Source of the DNA: Acidobacteriota bacterium
Lineage (GTDB): Bacteria > Acidobacteriota > Vicinamibacteria > Vicinamibacterales > UBA2999
Reading direction: 5' to 3'
NCBI GenBank assembly: GCA_046732795.1
Contig: JBKPNV010000044.1
Span: 4,629-68,628 of the forward strand
Length of the DNA stretch: 64,000 nucleotides
The notes under the pieces were generated by a model. The model had not been told where the DNA came from. It worked only from the letters and a program-made list of their open reading frames with translations, and made no database searches. Each line of letters begins with the position of its first letter. The stretch's first letter is position 1. Shown one piece after another: positions 25,097 to 34,277 of the stretch. A program made the position numbers and the translations under genes.

Positions 25097-25545
25097 CCCT
25101 GCGACATCTCCTCGAGGCGCTTCACGAGCGTCCGCGCACGCCGCGCGTCCGGCGCGATGATGAGAATCGTGTCTTCCCCCGCGAGCGTTCCGACGACATC
25201 AGGCAACTCCGCGCTGTCGAGCGCTGCGCACAACGACTGCGCGTGTCCGAGTCCGGTGCGCAGCAGCACGAGTTGCTGGACCCGATCGATGCGCCGGAGC
25301 TGCGAGGTCAGCGCCCGCTGCAGCAACGCTTTGGCCGTGTGTCCGTTCGAGTCCACCCTGCCCTGCGTCTGATAGGCGCCGTCCAATCCGCCCTTCACGA
25401 GGCCCAGTTCGCGAATATCGCGCGAGAGCGTGGCCTGCGTCACATCGAACCCGGACGCTTTGATCAGGCGCCGCAGCTGCTCCTGGTTCCTGACCGGTTC
25501 CTGCCGGACGATGTCGAGGATGGCGGTCTGTCGTCTCGCTTTCAT
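25093..25545 (-). CDS. argR: Arginine repressor
   Basis: Internal ATG at 25545 gives MKARRQTAILDIVRQEPVRNQEQLRRLIKASGFDVTQATLSRDIRELGLVK. The C-terminal oligomerisation/arginine-binding region contains GTLAGEDTILII. Confidence 0.9.
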   Translation of the reverse strand: MKARRQTAILDIVRQEPVRNQEQLRRLIKASGFDVTQATLSRDIRELGLVKGGLDGAYQTQGRVDSNGHTAKALLQRALTSQLRRIDRVQQLVLLRTGLGHAQSLCAALDSAELPDVVGTLAGEDTILIIAPDARRARTLVKRLEEMSQG

Positions 25546-25592
25546 CGTCGTGTCGCTCGCGTGCGGTCCAAGGAGAACAGGATAGCGCAAAC

Positions 25593-25630
25593 CTTGACTG
25601 TTTATACATTCGAATGTATAAATATTCTTT
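25593..25630. promoter_or_regulatory. Tandem ARG boxes overlapping a sigma-70-like argC promoter
   Basis: A 22-bp perfect palindrome TTTATACATTCGAATGTATAAA lies at 25601-25622. Box aatgtataaatattcttt (25613-30) matches the ARG-box consensus TNTGAATWWWWATTCANW at about 16/18. A mirror box lies at 25593-25610, 2 bp away. The -35 TTGACT (25594-99) and -10 TATAAA (25617-22) have a 17-bp spacer. Confidence 0.6.
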
Positions 25631-25648
25631 GCCGTTGCGCTGGATACA

Positions 25649-26686
25649 ATGGCCCTTACGACACCTCTCGAACGTGACCGCGCCGACGCCGCAGATATCC
25701 GCCTGACGCGGGTCGCGATTGCCGGCGCAACCGGCTATGCGGGTCAGGAACTCGTGCGCCTCCTGGCGCGGCATCCGCGGGTGACGCTGACGGCGGCGAT
25801 GTCATCGGGTGCCACCAGCACGCCACGGCCGCTGCCGGCATTGGCGCGCATCTGGGACGGCGCCGTTCAACCGCTCGACGTCGATCGCCTGACGGCCGAG
25901 GCCGAAGTCATTTTCCTCGCGCTCCCCGAAGCGGCCTCGGCGGAGGTGGCGCCCAGGCTCCTGGAGCGCGGCGTCCGCGTCATCGATCTGTCGGGTGCTT
26001 TTCGCATTCGCAACAGTTCCGATCGCCAGCGCTGGTATCCGGCGACCGCCAGCCTTCCCGAGGGCACGGTCTACGGGCTCACGGAAGGTCGCCAGGCGGA
26101 GATTCGCCGTGCGCGGCTCGTCTCCAACCCTGGCTGCTATCCGACGGCCGCGCTACTGGCGCTCGACCCGCTGCATCGCGCAGGCCTGCTGACTGGCCCT
26201 GTCGTTGTCGACGCGAAGTCCGGCGTCTCCGGAGCGGGCAAGACGCCGTCAGAGCGCACGCACTTTTCCGAGAATCACGGCAGCGTCGCCGCGTATTCGA
26301 TATTCCAGCATCGCCACACGGCGGAGATTGAACAGGAACTCGGTGCACCCGTCACCTTCGTTCCACATCTGGTGCCGCTCGATCGCGGGATTCTCGAAAC
26401 GATCTACGCGTCGCCGACTCCCGGCACAACCGAGCAGCAGATCTCCGATGCACTGGCCGGCGCATACGCGGAGGCGCCGTTCGTGCGTCTGACTGGCGGA
26501 GCGTTGCCCGAGATCAAGCACGTGGCGCACACCAACTTCTGTGACATCGGCTGGAAGGTCGATACCCAACGCGACCGCATCGTGCTGGTGGCGGTGATCG
26601 ACAACCTGCTCAAGGGCGCGGCCGGGTCCGCTGTGCAGAACCTCAATGTGATGCTCGGGCTCGACGAACGAACGGGGCTGATATGA
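25649..26686 (+). CDS. argC: N-acetyl-gamma-glutamyl-phosphate reductase
   Basis: IAGATGYAGQELVRLL and the active-site context SNPGCYPTAALLAL. Confidence 0.95.
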   Translation: MALTTPLERDRADAADIRLTRVAIAGATGYAGQELVRLLARHPRVTLTAAMSSGATSTPRPLPALARIWDGAVQPLDVDRLTAEAEVIFLALPEAASAEVAPRLLERGVRVIDLSGAFRIRNSSDRQRWYPATASLPEGTVYGLTEGRQAEIRRARLVSNPGCYPTAALLALDPLHRAGLLTGPVVVDAKSGVSGAGKTPSERTHFSENHGSVAAYSIFQHRHTAEIEQELGAPVTFVPHLVPLDRGILETIYASPTPGTTEQQISDALAGAYAEAPFVRLTGGALPEIKHVAHTNFCDIGWKVDTQRDRIVLVAVIDNLLKGAAGSAVQNLNVMLGLDERTGLI

Positions 26687-27582
26687 CACCGGGTGTGATT
26701 TCCGGTAACCGACGGCCAAAGATCACGGCTAAGGCACCGCAGGCAACTGCAGGCAAAAAGCGAGCGGAAATCACACCCGGTGTGCTGGTTCTGAAACTCG
26801 GTGGGGAGCTGCTCGAAGTACCCGAGGACCTCGCTGCGATTGCGAAAGCGATAGCGAAGCTCGCCGAGCACGCGTCGCTGGTCGTCGTTCATGGCGGCGG
26901 TCGGGAGATCGACTCCGCGCTCAATGCGGCGGGCATCCCCAGACAGCAGATCGATGGCCTGCGAGTCACGGACTCCCGGACGCTCGACGTAGTCGTCTCC
27001 GTACTCGCCGGCGCCATCAATACGCGACTGGTCGCGGCGGTGCGGCGCGCGGGTGCATCCCCTGTCGGCTTGACCGGTGCCGACGCCACCGTCGCGACGG
27101 TGAAGCGCGCCGCGCCGATCGTCACCGTCAGCGGTGATCGCGTCGATCTTGGGTTGGTGGGCGCCCCGGTTCGCAACGGCACACCGCGCCTGCTGACCGA
27201 TCTGGTGGCGCAGGGGTACGTGCCCATCATCGCGTGCATTGGCGCCACGCGCGACGGCCAGCTGCTGAACGTGAATGCCGACACGCTGGCTTCGCATCTT
27301 GCGTCGGCGCTTCGGGCCACCCGGCTCGTGATCGCCGGCGGGACCGCGGGAGTGCTCGACGAGCTCGGGCAAACGATCGAGCGACTCACTGTCCGCGACG
27401 CCGCGCGCCTGGTGAAGACGGGCACGGCCAACAAGGGCATGGTGGCAAAGCTGCAGGCGTGTCGCGCAGCGTTGCAGGCGGGTGTCGGCGATGTCGTCAT
27501 CGCCGACGGCAGGAAGACTCGGCTCGCCACCCTGGCCGATTCCTCCGCGCGGCTCACAGGGTGCACGCAGGTGGTGCGATGA
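26683..27582 (+). CDS. argB: Acetylglutamate kinase
   Basis: VLKLGGELLE and VVVHGGGREID. ATG 26683 overlaps the argC stop (ATGA). The alternative GTG 26782 would give a canonical MLVLKLGG N-terminus. Confidence 0.9.
   Translation: MTPGVISGNRRPKITAKAPQATAGKKRAEITPGVLVLKLGGELLEVPEDLAAIAKAIAKLAEHASLVVVHGGGREIDSALNAAGIPRQQIDGLRVTDSRTLDVVVSVLAGAINTRLVAAVRRAGASPVGLTGADATVATVKRAAPIVTVSGDRVDLGLVGAPVRNGTPRLLTDLVAQGYVPIIACIGATRDGQLLNVNADTLASHLASALRATRLVIAGGTAGVLDELGQTIERLTVRDAARLVKTGTANKGMVAKLQACRAALQAGVGDVVIADGRKTRLATLADSSARLTGCTQVVR
26686..26783. repeat. Perfect 19-bp inverted repeat with a 60-nt loop at the argC-argB junction
   Basis: acaccgggtgtgatttccg (26686-26704) and cggaaatcacacccggtgt (26765-26783) are exact reverse complements. 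Confidence 0.9.
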
Positions 27583-28793
27583 AAACGACTTTTGACAGCA
27601 TACAAACGCGAGAGTCCCAGTACGTCCTTCACACCTACCGCCGCCAGCCGGTGGCGTTCGTGCGAGGGAAGGGCCCGCGTTTGTACGATGTTGACGGCCG
27701 TGAGTACCTCGATTTGGTGTCCGGCATCGGTGTGGCCTCGTTGGGTCATGCCCACCCGGGTCTGGCCGCGGCGATAGCGGATCAAGCGATGACGCTGCTG
27801 CACACCTCGAACCTGTACTATCACCCGTTCCAGGCGGAGGCCGCCGCGCGTTTGGCGACGCTCTCCGGCTTGTCACGCGCGTTCTTCTGCAACAGCGGCA
27901 CTGAGGCCAACGAAGCCTGCCTCAAGTTTGCGCGACGCTACTGGTATACGCAGGGAGTCAAGGAACGCACCGCATTTGTCGCAGTCGAGCACGCGTTCGC
28001 GGGTCGTACGATGGGCGCGTTGTCGGTGACGTACGACGAACACTACCGCACACCGTTCGAGCCGCTGCTCGGGCCCGTCACATTCGTCGACCCCAACTCT
28101 CCCGACGCGCTGTACACGGCGGTCAACGAGAACACGGCCGCCGTCATTGCCGAACCCATTCGAGGGGAAGGCGGTGTCCGACCGCTGCCGCGCGCGTTCT
28201 CCGACGCGATCGCCGATGTCTGCCGTCGCACGGGGACTCTGCTCATCGCCGACGAGGTGCAGACAGGGCTCGGCCGAACGGGCCATCCTTTCCATTTCCG
28301 GGCACTCGGATGGGCGCCGGATTTGGTGTCGGTAGGAAAGGCGCTTGGTTCGGGTGTTCCGGTGGGCGCGGCGCTGGTCGCCGAACGGGTCGCCGCCACC
28401 ATCTCGACGGGAGATCACGGTAGTACCTACGGCGGAAATCTTCTCGCCACGCGTGCCGCCGCATTCTTCCTGGAAGAACTCATGGACCGCGGTCTGATCG
28501 ACCACGTGCGCTCGGTTGGCGATCATCTCGAGCAACAACTGCGGACCTTGGCGCTCAAGCACCCGGTCATCGTGGAAGTGCGCGGGGCCGGCTTGATGCG
28601 CGGCATTGAGCTTCGCATCGATGCGGGCCCGGTCGTCGACCTGGCGCGGGAACGAGGCCTGCTCGTCAATCGCACCAACGAGAAAGTCGTTCGGCTGCTG
28701 CCGCCCCTGACGATCTCGGCAGCCGATCTCGATCAGGGGATCAGCATTCTCGATGAGGTTTTGGCGGCAGTCCCCGCCGAGGTGCACGCATGA
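27579..28793 (+). CDS. argD: Acetylornithine aminotransferase
   Basis: The ATG overlaps the argB stop (ATGA). Class-III aminotransferase motifs are IADEVQTGLGRTG and the PLP-lysine context SVGKALGSG. Confidence 0.9.
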   Translation: MKTTFDSIQTRESQYVLHTYRRQPVAFVRGKGPRLYDVDGREYLDLVSGIGVASLGHAHPGLAAAIADQAMTLLHTSNLYYHPFQAEAAARLATLSGLSRAFFCNSGTEANEACLKFARRYWYTQGVKERTAFVAVEHAFAGRTMGALSVTYDEHYRTPFEPLLGPVTFVDPNSPDALYTAVNENTAAVIAEPIRGEGGVRPLPRAFSDAIADVCRRTGTLLIADEVQTGLGRTGHPFHFRALGWAPDLVSVGKALGSGVPVGAALVAERVAATISTGDHGSTYGGNLLATRAAAFFLEELMDRGLIDHVRSVGDHLEQQLRTLALKHPVIVEVRGAGLMRGIELRIDAGPVVDLARERGLLVNRTNEKVVRLLPPLTISAADLDQGISILDEVLAAVPAEVHA

Positions 28794-29383
28794 ACACGAT
28801 GTCGCTGGTTGATCCTCACGACTCGAAGTCCATGCCGCAGGCCACCGGAGTCACGGTTGCGGAAACGCACGACACGGCTGGCGAGGTGACGATCCGCACG
28901 GCACGCGAGTCGGACGTCGACGCGATCTATCGGCTCGTGTTCGAGCACGTGGCCGAAGGACGCCTTCTGCCGAGAAGTCGTGATGAGATCACGAGTCGCA
29001 TCGGGCGTTTCGTGGTGGCTGTCGACTGCGGGCACGTGGTCGGGTCTGCCGACCTGGCACCCTTGAGCCGGCGCGTCGCCGAAGTGCGTTCACTGGTCGT
29101 GGACGACGGTGTCCGCTCCTGTGGAATCGGCCGGCAGCTCGTTCACGAACTGGAACGTCGGGCTGTCGTTTCAGGGTTCGAGACACTGGCGGCGTTCACG
29201 CATGCGCCGGGATACTTCGTCCACCTGGGCTTCTCGATCGTGCCGCACACGTGGATACCCGAGAAGATCGAAGCTGACTGCCGCACATGCTCCCAGTTCC
29301 GCCACTGCGGGCAATACGCGGTGATGCTGCCACTCATTCGCACGCACGCGGCGCGCGTGCCTTCCCAATGTGCTCATGCCTGA
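28790..29383 (+). CDS. GNAT acetyltransferase, short N-acetylglutamate synthase-like
   Basis: The ATG overlaps the argD stop (ATGA). The GNAT acetyl-CoA motif is VRSLVVDDGVRSCGIGRQLVHELE. Its position inside the arg operon supports the call. Confidence 0.7.
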   Translation: MNTMSLVDPHDSKSMPQATGVTVAETHDTAGEVTIRTARESDVDAIYRLVFEHVAEGRLLPRSRDEITSRIGRFVVAVDCGHVVGSADLAPLSRRVAEVRSLVVDDGVRSCGIGRQLVHELERRAVVSGFETLAAFTHAPGYFVHLGFSIVPHTWIPEKIEADCRTCSQFRHCGQYAVMLPLIRTHAARVPSQCAHA

Positions 29384-30614
29384 GGCATCGACTCTCCGTG
29401 ACGTCACTCTCACACCGGTTCACGGCGGCGTCACCGCGCCGCAAGGCTTCCGGTCCGCGGCGCTGCACTGTGGCATCAAGGCTGCCGCGCAGGCCCTTGA
29501 TCTCACCGTGATTGCCGCGGACGGGAACGCCTCGGCAGCCGGACTCTTCACGACGAATCTCGCCCAGGCCGCACCGGTGCTGGTGTCCAGACAACATCTT
29601 CTGCGTACCGGCGGAGTGGCGCGCGCCATCGTGGTCAACAGCGGCTGCGCGAATGCGTGCACCGGCGAACACGGTTTGTCGGACGCGACACGCATGGCGA
29701 CCGAGGTCGCGACCGCGCTTTCATGCGACCCTGCTCTGGTACTGGTCGCGTCTACGGGGGTCATCGGCGTCAACCTGAAGATGGATCGTGTGTCGTCCGG
29801 GATACGCGCCGCTATTTCCGATCTTGCTCGAGGTAAAGGAAGCGAGACGGCCCGCGCGATCATGACGACCGATCCCTTTCCCAAGGAGTACGCGGTCACG
29901 GTTCAGACCGCGCGGGGATCGTTCATCGTCGGTGGCACGGCCAAGGGCTCCGGGATGATCGAGCCCAACATGGCGACGATGCTCGGCTTCCTCACGACTG
30001 ATGCCCGCGTGGCTCCGGCATTGCTGGACCGCGCGTTGCGGGAGTCGGGCCGCGATACGTTCAATGCCATCACCGTCGACGGCGAGTGCTCGACGAATGA
30101 CTCGCTGTTTGCCCTGGCATCCGGTGCCAGTGGTGTCAGCGTCGATGAGGAGCTCTACCCCGCGCTCCTCGAAGCATTTTTGACAGTGTCGAGGGAGTTG
30201 GCTGTCGGCATCGTCCGCGGCGGCGAGGGCGCGACGAAACTGATCAGCGTGAACGTTCGCAACGCGCGAAGCGTCGACGATGCGAGGCGGGTTGCGAGGA
30301 CGATCGCAAACTCGCCGCTCGTCAAGACGGCGGTGCATGGTGCCGACCCCAACTGGGGCCGCATCGTCGCTGCCGCAGGGCGCGCGGGCGTGAAGTTCGA
30401 CGTGCAGCGGGCCACGGTGCATGTAGGCGGAGTGCTCTTGTTCGAGAACGGGCTGCCACACGATGATGCCGCGCCGCTGGCCGCTGAGCACCTGAAGGGC
30501 ACTGAAATCGATATCGAGGTCAACCTGGGAACCGGCGGACATGGCTCGGCGACCATCTGGACCTGTGATCTGAGCGCCGAGTACGTCCGGATCAACGGCG
30601 AGTATCGAACGTAA
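29370..30614 (+). CDS. argJ: Bifunctional glutamate N-acetyltransferase / amino-acid acetyltransferase
   Basis: Contains the autoprocessing site context PNMATMLGFLTTDA and the C-terminal LSAEYVRINGEYRT. Confidence 0.95.
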   Translation: MLMPEASTLRDVTLTPVHGGVTAPQGFRSAALHCGIKAAAQALDLTVIAADGNASAAGLFTTNLAQAAPVLVSRQHLLRTGGVARAIVVNSGCANACTGEHGLSDATRMATEVATALSCDPALVLVASTGVIGVNLKMDRVSSGIRAAISDLARGKGSETARAIMTTDPFPKEYAVTVQTARGSFIVGGTAKGSGMIEPNMATMLGFLTTDARVAPALLDRALRESGRDTFNAITVDGECSTNDSLFALASGASGVSVDEELYPALLEAFLTVSRELAVGIVRGGEGATKLISVNVRNARSVDDARRVARTIANSPLVKTAVHGADPNWGRIVAAAGRAGVKFDVQRATVHVGGVLLFENGLPHDDAAPLAAEHLKGTEIDIEVNLGTGGHGSATIWTCDLSAEYVRINGEYRT

Positions 30615-30615
30615 A

Positions 30616-31566
30616 ATGGATAGCGCTGCACCGGCCCGCTTCGCCAAGGACTTCCTGTCGATCCTCGATCTGTCCCCCGTCGATTTGGATCGGCTCCTGC
30701 GCATCTCGGCACAGATGAAGGCCGACCGGCGCCTGGGCCCGCAAGCACCATCGGCGACCGCGCTAGCGGGACTGCATGTCGCCTTGCTCTTCGAGAAGCC
30801 ATCGTTGCGAACGCGCTCGACATTCGAAATCGCCGTCCGGGAGCTCGGCGGCGATACGCTCCATCTACCGGCGACGTTGGCGGAGGGCACACGCGAGCCG
30901 CTCCAGGACATCGCCCGAAACCTGGAGCGATGGGTGCGAGCGCTCGTGATTCGAACCTTTGCACAGGAGAAGGCGGCGACCCTGGCTGCAGCAGGCCGCA
31001 ATCTTCACGTCATCAACGCGCTGACCGACGAGGAGCACCCCTGCCAGGCGCTGGCCGATGCCTTCACGCTGCGTGAGCATTGGGGAGAGTGTCGCGGACG
31101 CACGGTCGCCTTCGTCGGCGATGGAAACAATGTCGCCACATCGCTGGCGCAGGTCGCCTGCATGCTCGGCATCACGGTTCATGTGGCCTCCCCGCACGAC
31201 TACGAGCTTCCGGATACGGTCGTAAACGACGTGAACCAGATCGCGAGAGACGGCGCCAGGATCCGTCGTTTCGAGGATCCTCGAGACGCTGTTGCCGGTG
31301 TCCACGCCGTGTACACGGATGTATGGGCATCGATGGGCGAAGAGGCAGAGGCGGAAGAGCGGCGGCGAGTCTTCGCGCCATATCAGGTGAACGGCGAACT
31401 CATGGCCGCCGCAGCACCAGGTGCGCTCTTCATGCACTGCCTGCCCGCCCATCGTGGCGAAGAGGTCACCTCAGACGTCATCGACTCATCGGTGTCGGTC
31501 GTCTTCGATCAAGCCGAGAATCGACTCCACACGCAGAAGGCGTTGTTGTCGGTGCTGCTCGGATAA
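30616..31566 (+). CDS. argF: Ornithine carbamoyltransferase
   Basis: Motifs are SLRTRSTFE, HPCQALAD, DVWASMG and HCLPAHRGEEV. Confidence 0.9.
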   Translation: MDSAAPARFAKDFLSILDLSPVDLDRLLRISAQMKADRRLGPQAPSATALAGLHVALLFEKPSLRTRSTFEIAVRELGGDTLHLPATLAEGTREPLQDIARNLERWVRALVIRTFAQEKAATLAAAGRNLHVINALTDEEHPCQALADAFTLREHWGECRGRTVAFVGDGNNVATSLAQVACMLGITVHVASPHDYELPDTVVNDVNQIARDGARIRRFEDPRDAVAGVHAVYTDVWASMGEEAEAEERRRVFAPYQVNGELMAAAAPGALFMHCLPAHRGEEVTSDVIDSSVSVVFDQAENRLHTQKALLSVLLG

Positions 31567-31601
31567 GCGGTGGAGACCGAAGACCGGCATAGAATTTCTC
31601 C

Positions 31602-33299
31602 GTGAAGCCCTGGCTGGCGCACTACGACCGCGACGTCCCTCATTCGCTGACTCCCTATCCCGATCTCACGCTGCTCGACTATCTGTCGAAGCTCGCGCGC
31701 GAACACGGTGACAAAACGGCTCTGCTTTTCAAGGGCTCGACCATGTCGTATGGCCAGCTCGAGGCCGCGAGCACCGCGCTGTCAGCAGCATTGTGGAAGC
31801 TCGGTGTCCGCAAGGGTGATCGCGTAGCGCTGCTGCTGCCCAATTGTCCGCAGTTTCTCGTCGCGCAGTTCGCCGCCTGGAAAGTGGGCGCGGTCGTCGT
31901 GGGCGTCAATCCCACCTATTCCGAGCGCGAACTCGAACAGACGCTCGACGCGGCGCACGCCCAGACCATCGTCACGCTGACCGCCTTCTACGAGCGCGTG
32001 AAACGCGTTCAGGGACGAGTCGGTCTTCGCCACATCATCGCGACCTCGATCAAAGACTATCTGCCGCCGTTCCTGCGAGTGCTCTTTACGGTTTTCAAAG
32101 AGCGCAAGGAGGGGCACCGCATTCGCCTCGCCAGCGGGGATCACTGGATGGGCGGCCTTATTCGCGAGCACACCGGTAGCGCGCGACCGGCCGTCGAGGT
32201 CGGTCCCGGCGATCAGGCCGTCATTCTGTCGAGTGGCGGGACGACAGGGACGCCGAAGGGCGTCGTCGGGCTGCACAGGCATTACATTGCCGCGGGCCGG
32301 CAGCTGTACGCATGGACGAAATCGGCAACGAGGGCATGGGTCGACGTCATCATGCTGCCGCTGCCGCTGTTCCATGTCTATGCCAACGTCGGCGTGCAGC
32401 CGCTCGCGTTCCTCGGCCCGAACCCGATTTCGCTCATCCCGAATCCGCGCGACATCGGCGACCTGCTGAAGACGATCCACTCAGTGAAGCCGGCTTTCTT
32501 CAATGGCGTGCCAACGCTGTACACCGCGATGCTGAACCATCCACGGGTTCGCGCGGGCACGATCGATCTCAGTTCGATCAAGCTGTGCTTCTCCGGCGCT
32601 GCGGCACTGATGGCCGAGACGAAGCGTCAGTTCGAAGAGAAGACAGGCGCCCGGATTATCGAGGGGTACTCGCTGACTGAAGGCATGATGGCGTGCTGCG
32701 TGAATCCGGTACAAGGTACCAACAAGACCGGATCCATCGGCATGCCGCTTCCCGACGTCGAGGTCCGGATCGTCGATGCAGACAGCGGCGTCGGCGAACT
32801 GCCTGTCGGGCAGGTCGGCGAAATGATCATGCACGCGCCGCAATACATGTCGGAGTATTGCAACAATCCGCTCGAGACCGCCGAAGCGCTTCGCGTGCAT
32901 GACGATGGCCGCACGTGGCTGCACACCGGCGACCTCGCATACATGGACGAGGACGGGTACGTGTTCCTGGTGGACCGCAAGAAGGACATGTTGAAGACCA
33001 GCGGGTTTCAAGTATGGCCGCGAGAGATTGAGGAGGTGATCTCCGCTCACCCTGCTGTACTCGAAGTCGGTGTCGCTGGCGTGCCGGATCAAGTGAAAGG
33101 AGAAGTCGCGAAGGCGTGGATCGTCCTGAAGACCGGTGTCGCTCCACCGACGGCAGACGAAATTCGCACGTATTGTCGTCAACGGCTGGCGCCGTACAAA
33201 GTGCCCGCACACGTTGAATTCCGGAACGCACTGCCGAAAACGATGGTCGGAAAAGTTCTGCGGCGAGCACTCGTGGCTGAGGCGGCCCGGTCTAACTGA
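31602..33299 (+). CDS. Long-chain fatty-acid--CoA ligase (AMP-binding family)
   Basis: GTG start. N-terminus MKPWLAHYDRDVPHSL. AMP-binding motif ILSSGGTTGTPKGV. Also TGDLAYMDEDGYVFLVDRKKDMLK. Confidence 0.85.
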   Translation: MKPWLAHYDRDVPHSLTPYPDLTLLDYLSKLAREHGDKTALLFKGSTMSYGQLEAASTALSAALWKLGVRKGDRVALLLPNCPQFLVAQFAAWKVGAVVVGVNPTYSERELEQTLDAAHAQTIVTLTAFYERVKRVQGRVGLRHIIATSIKDYLPPFLRVLFTVFKERKEGHRIRLASGDHWMGGLIREHTGSARPAVEVGPGDQAVILSSGGTTGTPKGVVGLHRHYIAAGRQLYAWTKSATRAWVDVIMLPLPLFHVYANVGVQPLAFLGPNPISLIPNPRDIGDLLKTIHSVKPAFFNGVPTLYTAMLNHPRVRAGTIDLSSIKLCFSGAAALMAETKRQFEEKTGARIIEGYSLTEGMMACCVNPVQGTNKTGSIGMPLPDVEVRIVDADSGVGELPVGQVGEMIMHAPQYMSEYCNNPLETAEALRVHDDGRTWLHTGDLAYMDEDGYVFLVDRKKDMLKTSGFQVWPREIEEVISAHPAVLEVGVAGVPDQVKGEVAKAWIVLKTGVAPPTADEIRTYCRQRLAPYKVPAHVEFRNALPKTMVGKVLRRALVAEAARSN

Positions 33300-34053
33300 C
33301 GCCGACCGGCTGAATGACGACGCCCGCCCGGGTCAACGCCTGCCGCATGCGCGACGCCAACGACGCCGCTCCCGGCGTGTCCCCGTGAACGCAAATGGTG
33401 TCGATGTCGAGCACCAGTCGCGATCCGTCAATCGCGGTGATGACACGGTCCCGCGCCATTGAGACGGCCCGGGTCACCACCACCTCGGGATCCTCGATAA
33501 CAGCGCCCGCCTCGTGTCGCGGCACGAGCGTGCCGTCAGACCGATAGGCACGATCGGCAAACCCTTCACGTGCAGTCTTGAGACCGCACCTCTGGCCTGC
33601 GGCGACGAGTTCGGATCCGGGGAGGCCAAACAGAATCAGTGTCCGGTCTACGGCCGCGGTTGCGCGCGCAATTGCGTCTGCTATGGCGCGATCGCGAACC
33701 GCCATGTTGTAGAGAGCGCCGTGAGCCTTCACGTGCTGAAGACGAATTCCTTGAGCCGCGGCAACCGCCGACAGTGCTCCAATCTGATACACAACGAGAT
33801 CTTCGATCTCACGCGGTGTCGCTCGAATGTCTCGTCGGCCGAAGCCAACTAGATCGGGGAACCCAGGGTGAGCACCTATCGACACTTCATGCTGTCGAGC
33901 CAGAGAAACCGTCTCGCGCATCACACCTGGGTCGCCTGCATGAAAACCACACGCAACGCTCGCCGACGTAATGGCGGGCATCAAAAGGGCGTCCTGGCCG
34001 AGCTTGTAAGCCCCGAAGGACTCCCCCATATCCGCATTGAGATCCAAACGCAT
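33292..34053 (-). CDS. pxpA: 5-oxoprolinase subunit A (LamB/YcsF family)
   Basis: The N-terminus is MRLDLNADMGESFGAYKLGQDALLMPAITSASVACGFHAGDP. Confidence 0.9.
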   Translation of the reverse strand: MRLDLNADMGESFGAYKLGQDALLMPAITSASVACGFHAGDPGVMRETVSLARQHEVSIGAHPGFPDLVGFGRRDIRATPREIEDLVVYQIGALSAVAAAQGIRLQHVKAHGALYNMAVRDRAIADAIARATAAVDRTLILFGLPGSELVAAGQRCGLKTAREGFADRAYRSDGTLVPRHEAGAVIEDPEVVVTRAVSMARDRVITAIDGSRLVLDIDTICVHGDTPGAASLASRMRQALTRAGVVIQPVGVS

Positions 34054-34277
34054 TACTGTGAAGACAGTCGTGTAATTCTTCCCACGTTCCTCGCCACGGT
34101 AAAAACACGCACTACACGATTTTCTTAGAGAAACATGCCGGCACGTGCATTGCCTCTTTATCGAGGGTCGGCCTGTGGTTTACGGCAGGGCGCCGTAAAT
34201 GCTGGGGGGAGCCAGGCTGGCATTTGCAGGATGGGGCACTCTTAATCGGGCGCCCCGTCCTGTATTCTTTTTTAGCC

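Noticed and set aside
26404-27876. 490-aa minus-strand ORF (and the 311-aa ORF at 26889-27824).
   Set aside because: Both are antisense to argC/argB/argD, which have textbook motifs and ATGA-coupled starts.
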